This document shows positions 11,745 to 25,200 of a stretch of 64,000 bases of DNA, piece by piece. Source of the stretch: Naegleria gruberi (lineage: Eukaryota); the NCBI GenBank assembly GCA_000004985.1, contig GG738851.1, one strand, 5' to 3'. Made by a program: the position numbers and the translations under genes. Numbering within the stretch: position 1 is the stretch's first letter; every line of letters starts with the position of its first letter. The notes under the pieces are model-generated. The model ran no database searches, was not told where the DNA came from, and saw only the letters and a list, made by a program, of their open reading frames with translations.

Positions 11745-12801
11745 ATGTTGTTAACATTACAAGAGCTTTACAAATATTTAAGGTGCAATAATGAAAAAGA
11801 CCAAGAATTAAAAAAAATGATCAAACTAAACAGTCAAAATTTTGAAAATCACCAATTCATTAATTCGGAGGAAATATTCAATAATAATATTAATAATATG
11901 GAAGAGAAAGCAATAAAGCTTGTGAAACTCGAACAAGAAATATTTTCAGATGATATTTGTTTTGAAATAATTTCAATGCTGGATGATTCGTGGTTTATTT
12001 TGAATAATTGTTCCTTGATTTCAAAACAATTCTTTAACGTGATCAAGGAACGTTCAAAACTTTTTATTATATTTAAAAAGAAATTTACAGAGAAACGAGT
12101 TGAATTATTCATGAAAAGTCGATTTTTAAACAGTATTGTTAATGTTAAATTTGCAGCAAAGTTGTCTGAAGCCAAAGAAAAACTCAAATTCATTGATATA
12201 ACTTGTGAAATGAAACAATTAACATCACTTAATATTTCTCACCATCTAATTGGTATAGAAGGAGCTAAATTCATAAGTAAAATGAAACAATTAACATCAC
12301 TTGATATTGATTACAATCATATTGGTGTTGAAGGAGCAATATTTATAAGTGAAATGAAACAATTAATATTACTTGATATTCGTAGCAATCTAATTGGTAT
12401 GGAAGGAGCCAAATTCATAAGTAAAATGAAACAATTAACATCACTTAATATTGATTACAATCATATTGGTGATGAAGGAGCAAATGAAACAATTGACATC
12501 GCTTGATATGTATGACAATCAAATTGGTGATGAAGGAGCCAAATACATTAGTGAAATGAAACAATTAACATCACTCAATATTTGTTTCAATCATATTGGT
12601 ATAGAAGGATCCAAATTGATAAGTGAAATGAAACAATTAATATTACTTGATATTAGTGGCAATCTAATTGGTGATGAAGGAGCAAAATATATCAGTGAAA
12701 TGAAACAATTGACATCACTTGATATTAGTGGCAATCAAATTGGTGATGAAGGAGCCAACTACATTAGTGAAATGAAACAATTGACATCACTAAGAAAATA
12801 A
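11745..12801 (+). CDS. F-box-like / RNI-type LRR protein; the coding frame is broken by a 14-nt deletion inside a tandem LRR array (possible pseudogene, allele, or assembly collapse)
   Basis: N-terminal F-box-like segment: DICFEIISMLDDSWFILNNCSLISKQFFNVI. Nine tandem 24-aa LRR units follow: MKQLTSLDI(S/D)xNxIGxEGAK(Y/F)ISE. The two ORFs 11745..12506 (frame 0) and 12451..12801 (frame 1) overlap. The switch lies where one 72-nt unit is only 58 nt long (about 12426-12484). Confidence 0.55.
12207..12801 (+). repeat. Coding tandem repeat with a 72-nt period (24-aa LRR unit), about 8.2 copies. One copy is truncated by 14 nt
   Basis: ATGAAACAATT(A/G)ACATCACTT recurs at 12210, 12282, 12354, 12426, 12484, 12556, 12628, 12700 and 12772. 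That is strict 72-nt spacing except for the 58-nt step between 12426 and 12484. Confidence 0.85.
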
Positions 12802-13237
12802 GCTCATGTGGTATTGAAATAAAACACCACCATTGATAACCAAATGGGTACATATTCTTCATCCAAAAGGATGAGATATGTTGCATAGAATCAAAACTTT
12901 ATTCAACATTGTCAGAACTCAATAGTTGAAGAAACATCAACCTTTCTTGTTGAAAATTTACCTGAAATTGGAGCAATTTCTGAGCTATGGAGTGAGGCTA
13001 CTAGACATTTTTTAAGGCTTTTTGGAAACTGTCCTTAGTAACTGATGATAATTACTGCCATTTCGACTTCCGAGAATGAAGGTGAAAATTAAGTTTGTAA
13101 ACTGAGTGAGCCTGGTTTGACTCTCTATTATTTTCCAAACATTTATCCTCAGTATCAAATTATTCAATAGATTATTCTTTCAAGACCTCTCAAAGAACAG
13201 CCAAATATACAATGCAGTCCCATCAATCTTTTAAAAA

Positions 13238-16200
13238 ATGAGTGTCCCTAACAACCCTGTTGGAGAAATCAACAATAAGGACTCTCTAATAAGTCAGTGT
13301 ATAGAATACATAACCAATGTTGGTGTGCTACTCATCGATTGTGATAGGAATGACTTGAAAATACAATTTAGAAGTTTGGAGAAGAGAGAAATAATTTCTA
13401 CATTCTTGTTTGAACCTTCTCAGTCTGCCTTATTTCTTCAAAAGGCTCCGAAGAGTGAATCAACACCAACTGACTTGGAAATCAAGTCCAATAGTAATGG
13501 TTAGTATTTAGATCAATGTAAATATCTAAATCAAATAATAGAAGTAAAATATGATTATTATTGTATGCTGGAGATGAATTACAGGGATAAATCGGATGGA
13601 ATTTGCTTCATCAAAGGAGATAAGAAGGTTTTTACGGAACAATTATTGGAAGGAAAGAAATTGTCATCATTATTACAAGTGGTGGAAATCAAAAACGATC
13701 TAAATCCTTTTGAATTATTGAACACTTATATTTGTAGTGGATTTGAACCTTATTTTTCATCTTTCGAAAAAACTAAAAGAAATCAAAGAGACTTCAAGAC
13801 ATCAGTAATTTCCGATATTACGGAAAGTTTAAAATCTTTAAAACTTGCATTAAATCAAGTACAACAAGCCTATCAAATTCCCGAGGTGGACGTATTAAGT
13901 TTTGTTCATCAAGATGTAAAGGATATGGTTAAACAAGGAGCAACTTTGGATTCATTGAGTGACAAAATTACCAAGTTGAAGAATGAAACCAAATTAATTG
14001 AAGAAATTAGCAAAATGTCATTGAATTGTGCACACGAAATTAGAGGATTGACACAAAAAGCAGAGTAAGTTGAATATTAGAATTTAATTGTTTAATTTAT
14101 AATATTTAAAAAGAGAAATGAACATTCAGAGTGTTGCCCAAGAAATTAATTATTGGCACTCTTTGGAAAGAACTTTGTCAAATGTTGATCAACAATTGAA
14201 GAGCCAGGAAATAGTATTTACCTTGAATATTTTGAAAAATACAAGAAGAATGCAAGCTTTTACAGCTTTAAACACAACAGGAATAGAAGATGTACTGCAA
14301 AGAGCTAAAGAGTGTAACTCTCTTTTAGCAGATCTACCAATCAATGAATTACTCTCTGCTAAGGATATTGAGAAAATGACAGCAACAATTGCCCAAATGT
14401 TCACTCAGCTCAACAAATCAAAAATATATCACAATAAGGATTCATACCCTATGGAGCGTGCTGTTAAATTAGTAGAGGCTCTGTCAAGGGACGTGTCAGA
14501 AAAATTATTGGAAATTCTAAAATCATCACAAATAATGTTTCTCAATTTTGAAGATTTTGATAGAATAACGAAAAACTGTATTGATTTGTTTGCTACACTG
14601 GATTCGGATATTAAAACATTTACCAAGATTGCAAGTGATGTTGCTAGAAAGAAGCAAAAGACTGCTGTGGAAATGAGTAAATTAGAACATCTTCATTTAC
14701 AAAAAAGAATCGAGGAAATTAGAAATTTCAGAGTGCAACATGAGGAACTTAGAGTAGTTATTGAAAAAGTACTACCAACATCAAATTTCGATGTTAGAGA
14801 AACAAGTGCTTTGGATCAAGTTAATAAGGCTTTTGAAGAATTTAGAACTCTGGAAAATAAGGTATTTGACACTTCATTTGAAGGCCAACAAACTTGGAAG
14901 AGTGCAATTAAATCTTACAATGAAAAAATAGACAAAGCAGAGACTCAAATTACAAGAAAACTCACAGATCAATTAGGTATTGCAAAGAGTGCCAGTGAAA
15001 TGTTTAGAATTTTCTCCAAATTCAATCCTCTTTTCTACAAGCCAAGGATTAGAAGTGCAATTCAACAATATCAAGAGCAATTAGTAGAAAGAGTAAAGGT
15101 CGATATAACCAAACTAGAAGAAAAGTTCAAACAACACTACCCATACTCTGAAACCGAAAAGATGAGTAAGCTTAGAGATTTACCATCTGTATCAGGTTTC
15201 ATTATTTGGGCAAGGCAGATTGAAAAGCAATTAATTGCATACATGAAAAGAGTAGATGACGTTTTTGGAAATGGCTGGGATAGAATGAAAATTTTAAGAA
15301 AAAAGGATTGTCTTTGGACATTGAATGAATCTCTAGCAGAATTTATGGGAGTTCCTTTCTCTAAAATACAATCTAAAATAAGCAGCCATCCAGTTCTCTC
15401 GTTACTAACCAAACCAGAAACTACTGGTACCGCATTAGCTTTAGCTTTCCTTGAACTTGTATATACAGACTCAGAAACCCAATGGAAAGTTATGGCATCA
15501 GAAAGCAGAGAAATACTAAAGAGAGAAGTCGAAAAAACAAGACTTTCTGGTGATATTATTCAACATTGCAGTGAAATTTTGAAAGAAGAAAAGATTGGTG
15601 GTAGACATATCGAAGAAAACAATTTAAGGAAGGAAGGAGAGAAATTTAAGAACAAACTTCAAGGAAATATTTTCACTGTTCTAGAAAGATGGAATAATGA
15701 AGTCTTTGAGAAAATGTTTAAATGGAAAATATTCCACCTCTCAAATGATAGTCAGGTGTCTGTAAAGGGATTTATATTCGAAATTGTAAAAAATAAGGAA
15801 GAAAAATCCGATCTAAGAGTTAATTTTGATAAGGAAATAAGTACTTTAATCAAGGAAGTAAGAAATCTGTCTTCCCTTGATATGATTTCTAGAGTCAAAT
15901 CAGAAATTAAGATTGTAGCTATGGAGGCTTCTCACATACATCCTATAGCTGTATCTCTGTCAGAAAGTATTAAGATATTCAAGAAAGTCATGAAGGAAGT
16001 TGAGGATAGACCTTACGTTAAACCTTTAGCCTCAAAGTATTTGAACAGTATTTATGAAAAGCTTTCAGAAGGATTCAAACTATCTTGGAAGAGCACAAAA
16101 CTTGACAAATACGCCAAAGAACTGTACGAGGACGTCACAAAGTTTTCAAATCATATTCATGATTTACTTTTGGATGTGGATAAAATCTTCAAATTCTTGG

Positions 16201-19200
16201 ATACTCTCAAAACATGTAAATTACACAAGACTAGCTTTGAAGCTATTCTTTCAGATATTCAAAAAGTTATAGACTCTCTCGCTCTTACCGACGAATGTAG
16301 CAATCTCAAATCATGGGTAAATAGCATTAATACTCATATTGAGGAGATTTTATTGGCTAGATTAAACGAATTGTTGAAATTATGGCTTGCTGAATACAAT
16401 TCGATGACTGTTTCAACAGACTTGGGTAAACAGGAGGAAGAATTCGAGGAAGGTTATGAAAAACGTACTCCTCAATCAAAGGAATCTCCAGAAACAGAGG
16501 AAATCAAATCGATATTTGGACAACTTAGTATTTCCAAGTTTAAAGTTGATATCAAGCTTGTGAATCGATCGATGAAAGTTATACCCTCAGTTCATAGAGC
16601 TAAGTCATACTGGGCCTCAAGATTTAGTTTATGTTTGTCATGGATATGTGACTTGCATATTATTCAAAGTGACAGATATGATCAAGCTTTTACTTTAGAG
16701 AAGAGAAAAACTTACAAATATCTTCTTGAAAAAGTACCTCAAGCACTATTACAAACAGTATTCAATCTAATCTCTGCATCAACAAGGAGAGCTGACAAAT
16801 ACGTACAACAATGGTTACAATATCAAGCAATGTGGGAAATGGACATTAACTATGTAATGTCAGAAATCAGTTCCTTGGATTCTTGGGTTCAAATACTCAG
16901 AGATTTGTCTAAGTCTAAATTCATATCAGATAGTGATTCTTATTCCAAAGATTTTGGATCTATTGTTATTAATTACAGAGATGTTTATGAGAAGATTAAC
17001 ATGAAATATGATGATACGTTAAGACAAATGCTCTCCAAATTCTGCACAGAGCTTAAGGAATCTATGAAATCAACATTTGTTATTCTTTCCCAAGAGAGAA
17101 ATGAAGTAGAAACTTCCCGAGTTGAAAGAAGCACACAAGATGCTATCAAATTCCTAACTAAAATAAGATCTCTCAAAAAACAATTCCACACTTGGGAGTC
17201 AAATATCAATCTCTTTAAGGAAGGAGAAAAATTGATTCAAGAGTACAATTGTAAATTCCCAGAGGGATGGATTTTTGCCGATAACGTTGAAGGTGAATGG
17301 AATGCACTCAACCAGATAGTCAAACAAAAGAATGAATCTGTCAAATCCCTAAAGGATCAAATCACAAAGAACTTACTTAGTGACGAAAAGAAGTTATTTA
17401 CATATATTGGTCAATTTGTAGAGGAGTGGAAAACAAAGAGACCTTTGGAAGGAACTATTGAACCTTCTGAAGCTCTTAAGCAATTAGGAGCTCTAGAAGG
17501 AAAGCTCTCGCAACTAAAACAAGAATATAAGAGAATTAGAAAGAGTAGGGAAGCTTTAGATATGGAAGTTATCAAAATGGAGAAATTAGATTCATACGAA
17601 GAGGAGTTGAAGAATCTCAAAGACGTATGGGTCTCTATACAAAGTATTTGGGCAGAGCTCAGCGATCTACGAGAAATTCCGTTCAATAGTGTTATTTGCA
17701 AGACTGTTCAAAATAGACTTACAGAATTGGTAGATAAAATCAAGAAGTTCAATCCTTGGATGCTCACCTATGCATCAGTTGAAAATATTTTATCACAAGT
17801 TGAATTGCATTTGAAAGAAATGGCTATATTGAGATGCCTTAAGGAAGAAGGAATGAAAGAACGACACTGGATTGACCTAAGAAAACAAATTGGTACCAAC
17901 TGGGTACTAACAGAACTCACATTAGGAGATATTTGGAACAGCAAAATACTTGAACATGAACGAGTTATTAGATCAGTCCTAGAAAAAGCAAGAGGAGAAC
18001 TTGGTCTGGAAGTGTACTTGAATCAAGTTAGAGAATTATGGGCAGCGATGAAGTTCGAAGTTGCTAGCCACAATAACAAGGGTTATCTGATAAAATCCTG
18101 GGAAGATATAACTGGGCATATTTTGGATCACCTAAAGACGTTGTCTTCAATGCGGGCTTCTCCATTCTTTAAAACCTTTGAAGATGAATGTGTGTCTTTG
18201 GAAAGCAAGATTAACAGAATGAGAATAATGTGCGATCTATTCATGGATGTGCAAAGAGTTTGGGTTTACTTGGAAGGAGTATTCTCGAGTAACGTAGACA
18301 TTAGATATCAACTCCCAAAAGAAACTCAAAGATTCCAATCTGTTGAGCATGAATTTGTAACCCTTATGAGAAAAGTTCACTCTAATCCACTCTGTCTTGA
18401 AGTTGTAAATATTCCAAATATCACAAGCTCATTAGAAAGATTAACTGAACAACTTTCTAAAATTCAAAAGTCATTGGGTGAATATTTGGAAAAGCAAAGA
18501 GCAGCTTTCCCAAGATTTTACTTTGTTGGTGATGAAGATTTATTGGAAATTATTGGCAATTCAAATGACATTGAAAAATTACAAAAACATTTGAAGAAGA
18601 TGTTTGCGGGTATTTCTACTCTAGAGTTTACAAACTCGACGGTAACTTCTATGGTATCTAAAGAAGGTGAGATTGTTAAATTCCAAAATTCCTTAGAGTT
18701 AGATCCAAAAGAATCAATCCAGACATTTTTAGTAAATCTGGAGAAAGAAATGAGATGCACTCTTTCCTATCTCTTGGGAGAGGCATTCCAAAAATTCCAC
18801 ACCATCGTTGAAAACGAAAGCGGCTTGAATAATACAGACTTAGAAGAATGGATAAAGACATACCCAGCCCAGATAATTACAACTTCTATTCAAATTTGGT
18901 GGACCAAAGTTACAGAAGACCAGCTTTCTAATGAGTTCGATTTACAATCTGTACTGTTCAATGTGATGAGCCTTTTGGAAAAACTTGCAGAAATGTCCTT
19001 ATCCGCAAAGGATAATGTATTAACTCGAAAGAAATTTGAACACCTAATCACAGAACTAGTACACCAACGGGACGTACTCAAACAACTAATCTCTCAACAA
19101 GTTAGAGGAGCCAAGGATTTTTCTTGGCTTTATAACATGAGATTCTACTGGAATGCAAATTGCACAGACCCAGCAGAAAGACTTAATATTTCGGTGGCAA

Positions 19201-22200
19201 ATGCTAACTTTATTTACGGATTTGAATACTTGGGTGTTATTGAAAAACTAGTCCAAACACCTCTCACAGACAAGTGTTACTTAGCTTTAACGCAGGCTTT
19301 ACATTCTAGATTTGGTGGTTCTCCATTCGGTCCTGCAGGTACAGGTAAAACCGAAACTGTTAAAGCTTTGGGAGCACAACTTGGAAGATTTGTTTTAGTT
19401 TTCAATTGTGATGAAACTTTTGATTTCAAGGCCATGGGAAGAATATTCCTTGGTCTTTGTCAATGTGGATCTTGGGGATGTTTTGATGAGTTCAACAGAT
19501 TGAACGAAAAGATGATGTCTGCTGTATCTCAACAAATCCAAACAATTCAAATTGCCCTCAGAGATAGAAAAACTAGCATTGAGCTCATTGGAAGACAATG
19601 CTCTGTTCATGACAACACTGGTATTTTCATAACAATGAATCCGGGTTATGCTGGAAGATCTAACCTTCCTGATAACTTGAAGCAATTATTTAGAAATATT
19701 GCTATGGTTAAACCTGACAAGGAGTTGATTGCTCAAGTAATTCTATACTCACAAGGTTTCAAACTAGCAGAAGAACTTTCAAAGAAGGTAGTGCTTTTCT
19801 TTGATCTATGTAGAGACAAATTATCACACCAATCCCATTATGATTTTGGTTTGAGAGCTTTGAAGAGTGTACTTGTCAATGCTGGTTATTTGAAAAGAAA
19901 CTTTTCATCTACAAACATTGAGTCAAAGCATCTTATCCAGAGTATTCAAGATACTATAATTCCAAAACTTGTTGGTGATGACGTTTCACAACTCAAGTTC
20001 TTAATTTCCAATCTCTTCCCCGGTCTTGAAACTGTCAGCAATCCTCTCACTGAACTGAGACAATACATTTTCGAAATATGCAATTTGTATTCATATTTAG
20101 CAGACGAAAGATGGGTAGAGAAGATTGTTCAACTTTACAATATTCAAAACTTGCATCATGGTTTTATTTGTGTGGGTCCTGCAGCCAGTGGAAAAAGTTC
20201 TTGTTGGAAGATTTTGCTAAAGGCTTTAGAGAAACTAGATGGTATTAAAGGTAGATCTTATATAATAGATCCAAAGGCTATAACCAAAGATGAATTATAT
20301 GGTAGATTAGACTCTACTACAAGAGAATGGAGTGACGGTGTATTTACACAAATATTGAGAAAGATTGTCGACAACTCCCGAGGAGAAAGCACTCAAAGAC
20401 ACTGGATAATATTTGATGGTGATGTAGATCCAGAGTGGGTTGAAAACCTCAACAGTGTTCTTGATGACAATAAGCTTTTCACTCTTCCAAATGGTGAAAG
20501 ATTAGCCTTACCAGAGAATGTGAGAATTATGTTTGAAACTCAAGATTTAAAGTATGCAACCTTGGCCACAGTAAGTCGTTGTGGTATGGTATTCTTCAAC
20601 GATTCTATTTTATCCCACAAAATGATAATTCACCACTATTTGGATAAGTTATCAAGGGAAGGCTCAGATAATCCAAAATTATTGTTACAAAGAAAAATTG
20701 CCTCCATTCTCAGACCTTTCTTACTTGAAAGTGACTTGATTCAACAAATTGCAGACTTTGCACAAAAACAAGAACATATCATGGACTTTTCAATTATGAG
20801 GTCTCTTGATACAACATTTGCCCTCATAAATAAGGGAATCCAAACTGTATTTGAATACAATTGCAATCACTTGGACTTCCCTATCAGTGATGAATCACTA
20901 AAGAGATTTATAACCAACAAAATGGTTTTCTCCTTGTTATGGGGTTTCACTAGCTCATCCAACAATGCTAATAGAAAGAAATTTTCTCAATTCTTGACAT
21001 CTACTATTAGAAATGTGGATTTACCTAGGGATGTCAGTTTAACTGAATTTGAAGTCAGTATCCATGATGGAGAATTTTCTCCTTGGATAAGAAGAGTTCC
21101 AGAAGTAACTGTTGATTCAAATAAGATATTTGGAAACTCAATCATTCCAACTTTGGATACTCTTAGACATGATGATTTATTAGAGTCATGGATTCAAGAT
21201 CACAAGTCAGCAATTTTATGTGGTCCTCCTGGAAGTGGTAAAAGTATGATCATGACATCTGTCCTCAAATCCTTGACAAATTATGAGTGTTGTTACTTGA
21301 ACTTTTCTAGTGCATCAACTCCATCATTAATTCTCAAAACATTTGAACAATATGGTACTGTAAAGAATACATCAGAAGGTCTAGTACTTCAACCAAATCA
21401 AAATGGAAAGTGGCTAGTTGTCTTTTGTGACGAAATTAACTTGCCTTCCAATGACAATTATGGAACTCAGAGAGTTATTTCATTTATAAGGCAATTAGTA
21501 GAACACGGAGGATATTGGAGACCATCAGATCTATCATGGATAAAGTTGGAGAGAATAATGTTTGTTGGGTCTTGCAATCCACCAACTGATTCAGGAAGAA
21601 CACCAATGAGCCCTCGATTCTTAAGACATTGTCCATTGTTATTGGTTGATTTCCCAGAGGAAGAATCATTGAAACAAATCTATGGAACCTTTTCGAAGGC
21701 TCTTGTTAAAAACCATCCAAACTTAGCAAATATTCCAGAAGCCATCACTAACACCATGGTTGAATTTTATTCCAAATCTCAACAACATTTTACTGTTGAA
21801 AAGCAACCACATTATATTTACAGTCCAAGAGAACTTAGTAGATGGATAAGAGCTCTCCAAGAAGGTATAAAAGGTATTGCATACTTAACCTCAGAGGAAT
21901 TGGTAAGATTATTAGTGCATGAAGGATTGAGAATTTTCAGTGATAGACTTGTTCTTGATGAAGAAAAGGAATGGACTGATCAAACTCTGGATCAAACAAT
22001 TAGAAAATATTTTATTAATGTAAATGATTCATGCCTACACAGACCTATTCTATTCAGTAACTGGATTAATAAGTCTTACGTATCTGTTGATAGGGAAGAT
22101 TTGAGAAAATTTGTTGAATATAAGCTCAAAGCATTCTCAGATGAAGAATTGGATGTAAATCTTGTTATATTTGACTCTGTATTGGAACATATTTTAAGAA

Positions 22201-25200
22201 TTGATAGAGTTCTAAAGCAACCTCTTGGACATTTATTATTATGTGGTGAAAGTGGCAGTGGTAAAACTACTCTTTCAAGATTCGTTGCTTGGATGAATGA
22301 TTTCAGTGTATTCCAAATCAAGGCACACAGAAATTATAGTATCAAAGACTTTGAAGAAGATTTACGTAAGGTAATGAGAAGAGCAGGTTGTAAAGATGAA
22401 AAAATTTGCTTTATATTTGATGAATCAAATGTGCTCAAACCAAGCTTCTTGGAATACATGAACTCATTGTTGGCAAGTGGTGAAATACCAGGTTTATTTG
22501 AAGGAGATGAATATTCCAATTTGATAAGCATTTGTAAAGACTCAGCATCAACCAATAATGTACTCAATCTGGATACAGATGACGAAGTTTATCAATGGTT
22601 CATATCTCAAGTCCAAAAGAATCTACATATCGTTTTCACAATCAATCCAGCAAACGCAGACTTTAAGTCAAGGGCATCAACCTCCCCTGCTCTTTTCAAT
22701 AGATGTGTTATTGATTGGTTTGGAGGTTGGCCTTACCAAGGATTGTTCCAAGTTGCCACCGAATATACAATTCCTATTGTTAGAGAACTTACAAAAGATT
22801 CTAAAATGCAAATACCTGAATCACTTGTTGAAATTCATAACGTTGTTTGTAGACTTAGTTCAAATACTGATAAGAAGATTGGCAAAAAGGGTTTCATCTC
22901 TCCTAGACACTATCTAGACTTTATCAAACATCTCGTTCATGTACAAAAAGAAAAGCAACAAGAAATCAAAGAACAACAAAATCACATTGAACGCGGTTTG
23001 AAAAAGTTGAAAGAAACAGAAGGATATGTTTTCACTCTCCAACAACAACTCAAAGTTCAAGAACAGAAACTCTCAGAAAAGAATATTCAATCAAAGGAAA
23101 AGTTGGATCAAATCGTTGAAAACCAAAAGGTAGCCGAAAACAGAAAGCAAGAATTACTTATTCTTTCTAAGCAACTCGAAGAAAAGAGCGTAGGTATCAA
23201 TAGAAGAAAAGAAGAAAGTAGAACACAATTATCCCTTGTTCAACCTCTTCTCAAGAAGGCACAAGATGAAGTTAAAAAGATTGAACCAAAACATATACAA
23301 GAATTAAGAATATTGAATAATCCACCCATCACAGTTAAGAAAACTTTAGAAGCTGTTACTATTCTTCTTAGTCCAAATGAATGGGAAAAGTCTGCACCTT
23401 CTTGGGCTGATATCAGAAAAATAATAAGCTCTTTAGATTTCATTACTAATATCCGTACATTCGACCCAGAAACAGTAGTTATACCAAAGAAGTTAAGAAT
23501 GAGAATACAACAAACCTATCTAGATGACCCAAGTTTGGAAGAATCTAAAGTCTTCAATGCCAGTAAGGCTTGTGGTCCAATGATTTTATGGGTAACCTCA
23601 TGTGTTAAGTTTGCTGATATTGTCGAAAAAATAGAACCACTAAAAGCAGAAGTTAATGCTCTAGAGAAGGAAAGCTTAACATTAATCGATCAAGAAAAAG
23701 AGTTGAACAAGATTGTTTATTACCTCAAACAAAAAATTGACAGCTTTACTGATGAATATACTTCCCTTATGAAAGAAACAAAATCCATAGAAATGGAAAT
23801 GAACTCAGTTAAGAATAAGGTTAACAGATCAATGTCTTTAATTGAGAGTTTATCAAACGAAGCCTCCAGATGGTCTTCTCAAATAGATACTTTCAGAACC
23901 CAAATGGAAACAATTATTGGAGATTCTATTATTTCAGCTGCTTTCTTGTCATATTGTGGTTTCTTTGATGAACAAAATAGAAGAAATTTGTTGTTCATTT
24001 GGACCTCTGTACTTTCAAAGTACAATATTTACACTAGAGATAATCTTTCTCTTGTAGATTTCTTATCTACTCCACAAAAGAGATTGCAGTGGGAGACTTG
24101 TAAACTTCCTACAGATGATATTTGTCTCGAGAATGCTGTTATTTTAGAAAGATTTAATAGATTCCCTCTGATAATAGACCCAACAGGACAGGCCATAGAA
24201 TTTATATCCAACTTTTACAGAACAAAGAATCTTGTAAAGACCAGTTTTACAGATGAAAATTTCTTAAAGAGTCTTGAGAACTCCCTTAGATTTGGTACAC
24301 CAATTATGGTATCAGATGCTGAGAATGTAGATCCTATTTTAAATCCAATACTCAATCGTGAAGTTAAAAAGATAGCAGGAAGAAATATTGTTACACTAGG
24401 AAATCAAGATATCGATCTTTCTCCAACATTCCAGTTAATTTTAGTAACAAGAGACTCAACTCACCAATTTGAACCTGACTTATCAAGCAGAGTTACATTT
24501 GTAAACTTTTCTGTTACTCCTTCCAGTTTGAGAGGACAATGTCTTTCAGCTATCCTTCAACATGAGAAACCAGAAATTGATATCCAGAGATCAGAGCAAA
24601 TCAAGTTGCAAGGAGAATACAAGGTTAAACTCAGATCTCTTGAAGAATCACTTCTAGCATCATTAAGCGAAGCTAAAGGCTCTATTTTAGAAAATGAGTC
24701 TTTAATATCAACTTTAGAGAGTCTCAAAGAAAAATCAAAAGAAATTGAAACCAAAAAGAAAGAGTCTGAGAAGGTTATGGAAACACTAAGCACTATTAGT
24801 GAACTTTATGCACCATTAGCCTCCTTTTGTTCAAGCATTTACTTTACATTAACACAATTATCTGAACTTCATTACCTTTATATTTTCTCACTCTCTCTAT
24901 TTATGAGAACTCTCCATGAAGTCCTAATTATGCGGGAGAAAGAAAACTCAAATCGTGTTGAATTTCTAGTTAAGGCTTTATTTTATGAAATTTATAAGAG
25001 AATCTCTAGGAGTTTATTATATATGGATAGACTTGCTTTTGCCATTAAATTAGCTCACATCAAAATCGGCGACAACTTGATAGATCCAGAAGAAAAAAGG
25101 TTATTCCTTGAAGACTTAGTTGGTTCCTCAGGAATTACCATAGAAGAAAATGGGTTCAAATTTCCTTCTCTACAAAAGCATATGATAGAAAAAATGTCAT

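Noticed and set aside
12207-12801. Regular 72-nt direct repeats, considered as a CRISPR-like array
   Set aside because: The repeats are contiguous with no spacers. They sit inside an ORF and translate into canonical LRR units. The genome is eukaryotic.
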